Shown here: piece by piece, positions 40,979-49,832 of the stretch
Position numbering within the stretch: the first letter of the stretch is position 1
Layout of the letters: each line of letters begins with the position of its first letter
Assembly (NCBI GenBank): GCA_965248535.1
Contig: CBDFJR010000002.1
Location: 416,001-480,000, forward strand
Reading direction: 5' to 3'
Length of the DNA stretch: 64,000 nucleotides
Source: Phormidesmis sp.
GTDB lineage: Bacteria; Cyanobacteriota; Cyanobacteriia; Leptolyngbyales; Leptolyngbyaceae
The notes under the pieces: model-generated
Told to the model about the DNA's origin: nothing
The model's database searches: none
What the model saw: only the letters and a program-made list of their open reading frames with translations
Program-made: the position numbers and the translations under genes

Positions 40979-41188
40979 ATGCCTTACAAAGACCGCCTCG
41001 AAGCTTGGGCTGTCATTCGACTGCTGCCAAAAATGCAGCGAGTTGTCGTCGCCCGTCGTCGCACCGCATCGGATGCCGAGGGTTATTGTCAGATATTACG
41101 CCGCTTAAACCCTAACGATGAATTCGTCGTCGTGTTTGATCCTGTTTTTGACGATCGACTAACCGTGAGGGTCAATGGAGACACCTAG
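40979..41188 (+). CDS. Small basic cyanobacterial hypothetical protein
   Basis: MPYKDRLEAWAVIRLLPKMQRVVVARRRTASDAEGYCQILRRLNP..EFVVVFD; RBS present; divergent from the XRE gene. Confidence 0.7.
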   Translation: MPYKDRLEAWAVIRLLPKMQRVVVARRRTASDAEGYCQILRRLNPNDEFVVVFDPVFDDRLTVRVNGDT

Positions 41189-41189
41189 C

Positions 41190-41393
41190 ATGAAGCCAGA
41201 TTTTACAGCGATGAGCCGAGCCGACCTGAGAGCTTATGTATTGCAGCATCGAACCGATCAAGATGCAATTCAGGCGCTGATCGATCGCTTGGTAGCCGAT
41301 CCAAACGCCATAACTTACGCACCAGAAGATGCCGATCGCTTCTCAGAAATTTATGCCGAATCTCAAAGCCGTCATCGCGAGCAAGCCAGTTAG
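41190..41393 (+). CDS. DUF6887-like small protein
   Basis: MKPDFTAMSRADLRAYVLQHRTDQDAIQALIDR; GGAGA upstream. Confidence 0.7.
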   Translation: MKPDFTAMSRADLRAYVLQHRTDQDAIQALIDRLVADPNAITYAPEDADRFSEIYAESQSRHREQAS

Positions 41394-42469
41394 CCCAATC
41401 GATATTTAAGCCAAAACCCCAAAAGCGGCAGTGCGATTCGATAGCCGTGCTCTGCGCCATACACTAGACCCTTTTGCTCTAAGCTGGCTAACGCTCCCTG
41501 CAAGCCGCCGCCTCTCGACAGATGGTGTTTGTGGATATAGTCTCGCGACTGAGGGCTATCGGTTGGGTCAAGGGCCAGACTTTCTAACACTCTCACTTGG
41601 CTGTGGGGCAACAGCAAAATCAGCGATTCAAACGTCACTGAGAGATCTTCGACGAGAGCTAAGGCGCTGCGATGGATGTGATGAGGCTCAATCACGATCG
41701 TAGACAACCCCGATCGCTGATCAAGCCAAACTCTTCGAGCCAGGGCGATCGCGTCTCCAAAGTGCCCCTGCACCGCGTTGAGAAATAACAATTGACTCGC
41801 TGGCTCAAGCTGAAATCCTTTGGCCGCCATGCTCGTCTCAAGCCAGGGTTGCAGATCGCGATCGTGAAGCGGAGCTAACGAAACCACTTTTAGATCACTG
41901 GGTTGCGTCTGCTGTTGGGCAACCGTTGCAATCAGGGCATAGCTGACTCGGCTTTGCTGCCGGATCTCGTGACGCAGATGATGCTCCCATTTGCTGGTGC
42001 GATCCCACGATCGTAGGTGAGGAAAGTTTTGAAACATCAGCACAACCCGACAATCGAGCCACTCGGCCATCACCTGAGGCAATGTCAACAATGCCTGAAA
42101 TAATGACCACTCTTTGCCAGCCGACAGATGCCAAACTAGGGTCGCCCGTCCGTTTGGTGATTGCAGCACCACAGGCTGATCTTGGCTCCAGCGCTGAATT
42201 AGAGCCTGTTCGTTAGAGTTGCTAAAGGCTGACATCAGTCCTTCGGCTAGGAGTTGAAGGAAGCGATCGCAGCTAGTTGCCCTCAAACAGTCGATGTCGA
42301 TCACCCGCGCTCCACTTTGTTTAGCCGCCCAGCGAATCAAGGTACGCCTGCCAATTCCGGGCACGCCTGCCAATAGCAAATCTTCATCCGCAGACAGAAT
42401 GGCGCTGATCTGATCTAACTCAGTCTGCCTGCCCACAAGGGTTTGCGAAATAAATGGGTTATCTGACAT
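41390..42469 (-). CDS. AAA+/P-loop-like ATP-binding protein with C-terminal winged-helix-like region (degenerate motifs)
   Basis: LVGRQTEL, LLAGVPGIGRRTL (Walker A Lys replaced by Arg), VLMFQNF in place of Walker B, ALASLEQKGLV. Confidence 0.65.
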   Translation of the reverse strand: MSDNPFISQTLVGRQTELDQISAILSADEDLLLAGVPGIGRRTLIRWAAKQSGARVIDIDCLRATSCDRFLQLLAEGLMSAFSNSNEQALIQRWSQDQPVVLQSPNGRATLVWHLSAGKEWSLFQALLTLPQVMAEWLDCRVVLMFQNFPHLRSWDRTSKWEHHLRHEIRQQSRVSYALIATVAQQQTQPSDLKVVSLAPLHDRDLQPWLETSMAAKGFQLEPASQLLFLNAVQGHFGDAIALARRVWLDQRSGLSTIVIEPHHIHRSALALVEDLSVTFESLILLLPHSQVRVLESLALDPTDSPQSRDYIHKHHLSRGGGLQGALASLEQKGLVYGAEHGYRIALPLLGFWLKYRLG

Positions 42470-42627
42470 CGGGTGCTAGGTTGCTGTGCGGTTTTCAGTT
42501 CACTGAATTTGGAGTAACTAATCTATACTCTAAATCGGAAAGTCTACACTATTTGATAGTGCTAAAAGTAATTTTTAGGCACTATTATTAAGTGCTGCTT
42601 GCATTCATTCCCTCATTCTGCAATTCT

Positions 42628-45457
42628 ATGGCTTCTAACTCTCTCTCCTTCTCTCAACTCGGCCTGGCACACGATCGACCCAGCCCGATCGCTCGATCTG
42701 CTGCACAGCGATCGCACGATCGGGTTAACTCAACAGCAAGCCGATGAGCGGCTGCAAGAATTTGGCGCTAACCAACTCGAAGAAACGGGTGGGCGTAGCT
42801 CGGTCGAGATTTTAATTGACCAGTTTAAAAACGTGATGCTGCTGATGCTGATCGGCGTGGCGCTAGTGTCTGGCGTTTTAGACCTGCTCGATCTCTTGCA
42901 GGGAGCAGGCAAGCCGGGCGATATTCCTTTTAAAGACACGATCGCGATTTTGGCGATCGTGATTCTCAATGGCGCGTTGGGCTACTTTCAAGAAAGCCGG
43001 GCTGAGAAAGCGTTGGCTGCCCTTAAACAACTCTCGTCTCCCAAAGTTCGCATTCTTCGCGACGGCAGAGTGCACGAAATCGACTCTGAATATCTGGTGC
43101 CGGGCGATGTGATGATGGTCGAAGCGGGCGTTCAGCTAGCGGCCGATGGGCGACTGATCGAAACCTCAAACCTGCAAATTAGAGAATCTGCTTTGACGGG
43201 CGAAGCCCAAGCGGTCAACAAACAAGCCGACCTGCACCTGCCAGAAGAGACTTCGCTGGGCGATCGCTTGAACTTGGTCTATCAAGGGACTGAAGTGGTT
43301 CAGGGTCGCGGCACCGTCTTAGTGACAGGCACCGGGATGCGAACCGAACTTGGCAAAATTGCCGCCATGCTGCAAGCCGTCGAGACCGAGCCGACTCCGC
43401 TTCAGCAGCGCATGGATCAACTGAGTCAAGCTCTGGTGACGGGGGCGCTGATTCTCGTCGGGGTTGTGGTTATTGGGGGGCTAATCGCCGCCCGCAGCTT
43501 TGCCCCGATTCGAGAGTTGCTGCAAGTGTCGTTGAGCATGGCTGTCGCCGTTGTGCCCGAAGGGTTGCCTGCGGTGATCACCGTGACTCTGGCGATCGGC
43601 ACTCAGCGTATGGTGCGCCGCAATGCCCTAATTCGCAAACTTCCGGCTGTGGAGACTCTTGGCTCGGTGACGACGATTTGTTCTGACAAAACTGGGACAC
43701 TGACGCAGAACAAAATGGTGGTGCAGTCGTTCCACACTGCCAGCTTTTCGCCCAGCGTCACGGGCGAGGGCTATGTGCCTGAAGGCAAATTTCTGATTCA
43801 AGGTCAAGTTGCTGACCCGATCGACTATCCCGAAGTGCGATCGCTGCTTTTGGCCTGCACGCTCTGCAACGATTCCCTTTTGCAGTCAGAAAACGGACAG
43901 TGGATGATTTTGGGCGACCCCACCGAAGGGGCGTTGCTCGTCGTTGCTGCCAAGGCTGGGTTAGAGCAAGATCAGTGGAACAGCAAATTGCCGCGAGTGT
44001 CTGAGATCCCCTTCACGTCAGAACGCAAGCGCATGAGCGTGATTGTCAAAGATGCGGCGCGACTGCTGGAATCGGAGACAGGCTTTTTGTCAACGCCCTA
44101 CTTAATGTTTACGAAAGGATCGCCGGAGCTAGTGTTAGAGCGCTGCCAAAAGATTCAGTATGGCGATCGGGTGCAGGGTCTGACCGACGAACAGCGCCGC
44201 CAAATTTTAGACCGCAACAATCAGCTAGCGGCCAGAGGGCTGCGGGTTTTAGGATTTGCTTATAGAGCGCTGGATCAGGTTCCGCCCGAAGGCTCTGACT
44301 CAGCAGAAAATGATTTGATCTGGCTGGGCTTGGTGGATATGCTTGATGCCCCACGGCTAGAAGTGCGGGATGCTGTAGCTCGGTGTCGCACGGCGGGAAT
44401 CCGGCCGGTGATGATTACGGGCGATCACCAACTCACGGCCCAAGCGATCGCCGAAAACCTAGGCATCGCTAAACCCGGTGACGCAGTGCTGACTGGACGA
44501 GACCTCGAAAAAATGGACTTGTCAGAACTCGAACGGCAGGTCGATCGCGTCAGTGTCTATGCCCGTGTTGCCCCCGAACACAAGCTGCGAATCGTGCAAG
44601 CACTTCAGCGCAATGGCAAAATTGTGGCGATGACAGGTGACGGGGTAAATGACGCTCCGGCTTTAAAGCAAGCCGATATTGGGATCGCGATGGGCATCAC
44701 CGGAACCGATGTCAGCAAAGAAGCTAGCGATATGGTTTTGTTAGATGACAACTTCGCCACGATCGTGGCCGCCACCGAAGAAGGTCGCGTAGTTTACACC
44801 AACATTCGGCGGTTTATCAAATATATTCTTGGCTCCAACATTGGCGAAGTGTTGACGATCGCCGCGTCTCCGTTGCTGTTGCCGATCGGGGGCGTTCCGC
44901 TCTCGCCTCTGCAAATTTTGTGGATGAATCTCGTCACCGATGGGTTGCCTGCCTTGGCTTTAGCCGTCGAGCCTGCCGAACCCAATGTGATGAATCGCCC
45001 GCCCAATCGCCCCGATGAGAATATTTTTGCGCGTGGTTTGGGAGCCTACATGATTCGCATCGGCATCGTCTTGGCGGTTTTGACGATTATTCTCATGGTC
45101 GGCTCTTATCACTACACCACTCAAAACTTTGGCAATGGTCTAGATGCCGATCGCTGGAAAACAATGGTGTTCACCACTCTTTGCATCGCTCAAATGGGTC
45201 ACGCGATCGCCATTCGGTCAAACTCAAAACTGACGATCGAGCTAGACCCGCGCACCAACCCCTATGTCTGGGGTGCTGTCATCGTCACTACGCTTCTGCA
45301 ATTGATGTTGATCTACGTTGCCCCTCTCCGCCGCTTTTTTGGCACTCACTATCTCACCTTTAATGAACTGGCAGTTTGCATCGGGGTCAGCGCTCTGATG
45401 TTTATTTGGATCGAGATGGAAAAGCTGTTTGTGCGCTGGTTTGTCAATCGTCGATAA
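42628..45457 (+). CDS. Cation-transporting P-type ATPase (Ca2+/PacL-like, type IIA); likely ATG at 42628 is out of frame by one base
   Basis: [56 protein letters not shown]. Removing one base in TCTCTCTCC (42640-48) gives [14 protein letters not shown]. Confidence 0.93.
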
Positions 45458-45475
45458 ACCGAGTCTCAATCACTC

Positions 45476-45520
45476 AAAAAGCCCTGGGAGTGTTTAACAA
45501 GAATACTCTCAGGGCTTTTT
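45476..45520 (+). terminator. Intrinsic (bidirectional-type) terminator
   Basis: AAAAAGCCCTGGGAGTGTT...AATACTCTCAGGGCTTTTT. Confidence 0.85.
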
Positions 45521-45634
45521 AATAAATGCTCTGAAAACCGTAGCGAAGTTGTCTATTTCTCAACCGTTAAAAATCTATCCTGAGGTATACTTTACGAAAT
45601 CTTAAATCCCTCTTAAGGGAGAAGACAGCACCCA

Positions 45635-46021
45635 TTGGAGATAAATGCCGTGCAACAATCCATTAAAGACTCGGAGCTTGAAGCCGATCTCAGCAGATTG
45701 ACCAGTGCTTTTGCAACTCGCAACGTCACGATCGGCAAAGAGGTGATCGCCAGCTTGAGAAATCGGCTGACCCTGCGAGACGTAGCCGGAATGGTAATCG
45801 TCAGCCTCGAACGCCTTGTCTGGCAAGACCCATTAGCCTTTTGCTGGGCAGTCGAAAACACAGTTCCGGGCTATGTGATGCGAGAAATCAGGAGAATCAC
45901 CTCCATCACGGTTTATAAACGGTTGATTGATCGCGGCTTAGATCCCGGACAAGACTTCAGCGTCGATGCTAAAGGAAATATCTTGTTTAACGATCGCGCT
46001 AAAACCACCGTCTTGAGCTAG
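45635..46021 (+). CDS. Conserved hypothetical protein upstream of hpsE-like genes
   Basis: 128-aa ORF ending RLIDRGLDPGQDFSVDAKG; co-oriented with the glycosyltransferases; start uncertain. Confidence 0.6.
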   Translation: MEINAVQQSIKDSELEADLSRLTSAFATRNVTIGKEVIASLRNRLTLRDVAGMVIVSLERLVWQDPLAFCWAVENTVPGYVMREIRRITSITVYKRLIDRGLDPGQDFSVDAKGNILFNDRAKTTVLS

Positions 46022-46133
46022 GTCAAAAAGGGGACAACTGTAGGTAGAAACCAATCCGGCTTGGGCAACTTATCAGTAGGGTGGAAAGTGCATCGTCACA
46101 AGCGATCCACGCTTCTAATCAAAACATCTGATC

Positions 46134-47087
46134 ATGACCATGCTGGATTTTACAGTCGCCATTCGCACCTTCAATGGGGCTAAACGCTTGCCCCAACTGC
46201 TCGATTCCCTGCGGACTCAACAGGCTCAGGCGATCAATTGGGAAGTGCTAATCGTCGATAACAACAGTAACGACGACACAGCCCAAGTGATCAAAAATTA
46301 CCAAAATGACTGGAAACTTTGCCCCCTACGGTATGTATTTGAACCCCAGCAAGGAGCCGCGATCGCTCGTCGTCGCGCTATTCAAGAAGCCCACAGCAGC
46401 CTCATCGGTTTCTTAGATGACGACAATCTGCCCGCCGAAGATTGGGTGAGTGCCGCCGTCAATTTTGGGCAAGCTACCCCCAAGGCTGGGGCCTTTGGCA
46501 GCCGGGTTCACGGCGTTTTTGAAACAGAAATTCCCAAAAACTTTGAGAAAATTTCTGAATATCTGGCGATCAAAGAAACCAGTCAACCCTATTGCTATGA
46601 CAGCTATAAAAAAGGATTGCCCGCCGGAGCCGGACTCGTCATTCGCCGACAAGCCTGGTTAGAAAGCGTTCCCACGCATCTCGTTCTTCAAGGCCCGACG
46701 GGCGATCGCTTACCAACCAAAGGCGAAGAAATCGAAGCCCTCTTCTACCTCCGCAAAACAGGTTGGCAAATTTGGCATCATCCCACGATGCAAATTGAGC
46801 ATCACATTCCCGAAGGGCGCTTAAAAAGAGATTATCTGCTTAATTTTTTTCGCACCTTGGGGTTGAGCCGCTATCGTTTGAGAATGCTGCGCTTTGTGGG
46901 CTGGCAGCAACCTGCGATGACGATCGTGTACTTAATCAGCGATGTCTGCAAGATTGCTAGATTTTTTATTCTCCATCATAAAATTCTTCAAACTGATGTG
47001 GTTGCTGCCTGTGAAATGCAGACGTTAATTGGCAGCTTGTTCAGTCCTTTTTATCTGTTTAAAAAAACGCTGTTATCCGTCCCTTAA
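46134..47087 (+). CDS. hpsE: GT2 glycosyltransferase, HpsE-like (hormogonium polysaccharide)
   Basis: DFTVAIRTFNG, IVDNNSND, FEPQQGAAIAR, GFLDDD, PAGAGLVIRRQAWLESVP. Confidence 0.75.
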   Translation: MTMLDFTVAIRTFNGAKRLPQLLDSLRTQQAQAINWEVLIVDNNSNDDTAQVIKNYQNDWKLCPLRYVFEPQQGAAIARRRAIQEAHSSLIGFLDDDNLPAEDWVSAAVNFGQATPKAGAFGSRVHGVFETEIPKNFEKISEYLAIKETSQPYCYDSYKKGLPAGAGLVIRRQAWLESVPTHLVLQGPTGDRLPTKGEEIEALFYLRKTGWQIWHHPTMQIEHHIPEGRLKRDYLLNFFRTLGLSRYRLRMLRFVGWQQPAMTIVYLISDVCKIARFFILHHKILQTDVVAACEMQTLIGSLFSPFYLFKKTLLSVP

Positions 47088-47185
47088 TACTTCGATCATT
47101 TGCGAAAAACACGTTGCTCTTGGTTAACCGATCTTTTTTACCGTTCTCATTCTCTACTTGATGTCTCCCTAAGCAGCCGTAAACG

Positions 47186-48133
47186 ATGCTAGATTTTACC
47201 ATTGCTATTTGCACCTACAATGGAGCCGATCGGATCAAGCAGGTATTGGAGCGACTGCACTCCCAGATTAATTCTCAAGACATTACATGGGAAATTGTGG
47301 TCGTTGATAACAACAGCAGCGATCACATTAAACAAGTAATTGATGATTATCAAAAAAGTCACTTTTCGACAGCGAGACTTCGCTATTTGTTTGAGCCTGA
47401 GCAAGGAGCCGCCTTTGCCAGGATTCGAGCCGTTCAAGAAGCAAAAGGTGATCTCGTTGGGTTTCTCGATGACGATACGCTTCCCGATCAAAATTGGCTT
47501 CTAAACGCCTATAAATTTGCTCAAACTCATCCTCAAGCAGGAGCTTATGGAGGGCAAATTCATGGCGAATTTGAAACTGAACCTTCACCGGAATTTAAGC
47601 AGATTGCGATCTTTTTAGCGATCGTCGAACGCGGTTCAAAGCCACACCTTTATACGCGAGTTCTGCCGCCTGGCGCAGGTCTGGTTGTAAGGCGACAAGC
47701 CTGGCTAGAGAGCGTTCCTGCCCGGCCGTTTCTATCGGGACGCACCCCTCGATCGATGCTGACAAGCGAAGATATTGCAGCCGTAATTCACATTCAAAAG
47801 GCTGGGTGGGAGGTTTGGTATAACCCAGAAATGCACCTCTATCATCAAATTCCGGCGTGGCGGTTGGAGCGCACTTATCTGCTTAACTTAGTGAGAGGAA
47901 TTGGGTTGGCTAGACATCACATTCGCATGATGCGCCTTGATGCTTGGCAGCGTCCCCTAGCTTTTCCGGCTTATCTCACTAATGACTTAATCAAAGCAGT
48001 TTCTTATTACATTCAGCATCAAAAATCACTTAAAAAAGATTTGACTGTCGCTTGTCAAATGGAGCTATTAACGAGTAGTTTAATGAGTCCTTTTTATCTG
48101 TTGATTTGTCCTAGGTTGAAACCAATCAGATGA
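47186..48133 (+). CDS. hpsE: GT2 glycosyltransferase, HpsE-like (tandem paralogue)
   Basis: DFTIAICTYNG, VVDNNSSD, FEPEQGAAFAR, GFLDDD, PPGAGLVVRRQAWLESVP. Confidence 0.75.
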   Translation: MLDFTIAICTYNGADRIKQVLERLHSQINSQDITWEIVVVDNNSSDHIKQVIDDYQKSHFSTARLRYLFEPEQGAAFARIRAVQEAKGDLVGFLDDDTLPDQNWLLNAYKFAQTHPQAGAYGGQIHGEFETEPSPEFKQIAIFLAIVERGSKPHLYTRVLPPGAGLVVRRQAWLESVPARPFLSGRTPRSMLTSEDIAAVIHIQKAGWEVWYNPEMHLYHQIPAWRLERTYLLNLVRGIGLARHHIRMMRLDAWQRPLAFPAYLTNDLIKAVSYYIQHQKSLKKDLTVACQMELLTSSLMSPFYLLICPRLKPIR

Positions 48134-49234
48134 AACTATTGATTCAACATAATCATCGCCAAGATGAAATTTCTGGCGTTTTAACTTATATCTGTTCCAT
48201 TCAATCAGAGCTGAAACTGAGAGGAATTGAAACTAAAATAATTTCTACTACTCAAAACTCATTTCAACAATGGATCAGCGCCATTGTTTGGGCTGATTCC
48301 ATTCACATGAATTCTAATCACTTATCTTTTGCGGTTCTCTGCAAGGTTTTTAACAAAAAAATTGTCATCAAATATCACTATTTGTTCTATACGTCGATTC
48401 ACTCTACTTATCAATCGATGTCTCTTGCTCAGAGACTTAAAAGAGAGTTCATTTGCTCATTACCTAAAGTCTAACTACCCCCTGAAATGGAAGATTCACA
48501 CTTTTGTAAAACTAGCGAAATTAGCGACTCGTTTTTTGACTGCTTTAATCGTCGATCGCCGCACTGCTTGCAGTCAATTTTTAGCCGATTCTCACAGCTT
48601 TCCGGGAAAAGTTATCCCGTTATATAATCCGATTTCAGTCCAGATCATCGAAAGTCAAAAAACGATCGCTGACCTATCTCAGCCTGGCTCATTTGTCTAT
48701 GTGGGACGACTCAACCGCGATAAAGGAGTTGATTTATTATTAAAAGCAGCAAGCCTGCTTCAAACTCAAAACAGAGATTTTCGAGTGTTGATTATTGGAG
48801 AAGGCGGCGAATTGAAGTCCCTCCAGACTTTGGCGGCAGAGCTAGACATTCTCAATCGAGTTGAATTTTTAGGAGCCTGTTCTCAGTCTAAGATTTTGCC
48901 GATCGTTCAATTTGCTCTCGCGCTGGTTGCGCCCTCACGATGGCAAGAACCCGCAGGCTATGTTGTGCTGGAAGCGGCTAGCGTTTCGACGTGCTCGATC
49001 GTGGCTAATGTCGGAGGGTTACCAGAAATGGCAGGGTCACACAGTCTCTTGTTTGAGCCGGAAAACGTTGAACAATTAGCAGCCGCAATGAGCGTGTGTC
49101 TAGATTGTCCCCAAGAAGCTCTAGAGCGGGGCAAACGAGCTAATCAATATGTCAGTGAGAGATTTTCTCCGGCTCAAACCGTTGATCACTTGCTCAAAAT
49201 CTATCAACAGCTTAGTCCCAGGTTTAACCGTTAG
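48130..49234 (+). CDS. GT4 glycosyltransferase, split by a +1 frameshift at ~48466-48468
   Basis: ORFs 48130..48474 and 48329..49234 join as ...LPKSNYPLKWK if one A is removed; YVGRL..DKGVDLLL, PSRWQEPAGYVVLEA. Confidence 0.85.
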
Positions 49235-49274
49235 ACCACTGTCCCGTACTAAATTTAGTACTAATAAGATGTGC

Positions 49275-49784
49275 TCAGAGATCCACCGTTACGGCATCCA
49301 TGACACGCTGCATATCCAGTAAGAAAATAGCCAGTGTTGCCTTGCCTTGAGGTAAAACCGCAACTCGACTAGCAATGTTCAAGGGATGCCCATTGCGATA
49401 AGGCTCTGGCAACTTGCGAATCATATTGAGCGGTAACTCTACAAGATCGGGGGGAGCATCGACTCGAATGGCACAATATTCGTCTAGAGCCGATCGGGTG
49501 ATGACCAAAAACTGTTGACCGCCCAGCGTTGGATTAGTCTGTTTTAACGCCAGATGGGGATGCAAGTTGAGCACAGCGATCGCGTGACTGCCTAAATGAA
49601 TTAGCTCTAGCGGCTTAGATAACTCGCGCAATTCGATAGGACAATTGACCACTCTCAGCACTGCTTCTAGGGGCAAGGCTAGGCGATAGCCCGCGATCGC
49701 AAAGGCGATCGCTTTTAAACAAGAGATTTCTTTATGAACATCCCCGATCGGGGAAGACGGCACACTCAATAAACTTGAACCCAT
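49275..49784 (-). CDS. CheW-like adaptor
   Basis: AFAIAGYRLALPLEAVLRVV, IAVLNL, AIRVD; last gene of the taxis operon. Confidence 0.8.
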   Translation of the reverse strand: MGSSLLSVPSSPIGDVHKEISCLKAIAFAIAGYRLALPLEAVLRVVNCPIELRELSKPLELIHLGSHAIAVLNLHPHLALKQTNPTLGGQQFLVITRSALDEYCAIRVDAPPDLVELPLNMIRKLPEPYRNGHPLNIASRVAVLPQGKATLAIFLLDMQRVMDAVTVDL

Positions 49785-49832
49785 AGCAATCTCCTAGAAC
49801 ATCACGCAAAGAAAATGATTGAGACCCAGAGC

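Noticed and set aside
42575..42598. CIRCE (HrcA) element
   Set aside because: GCACT/AGTGC arms are 7 nt apart rather than the 11 nt of TTAGCACTC-N9-GAGTGCTAA, and no chaperone gene is adjacent.
43555..46820. Further CCCGAAGGG insert copies at ~43557 and ~46810
   Set aside because: Both are in-frame parts of normal protein sequence (VPEGLP, IPEGRL) and lack the TGCTTYGCA hairpin.
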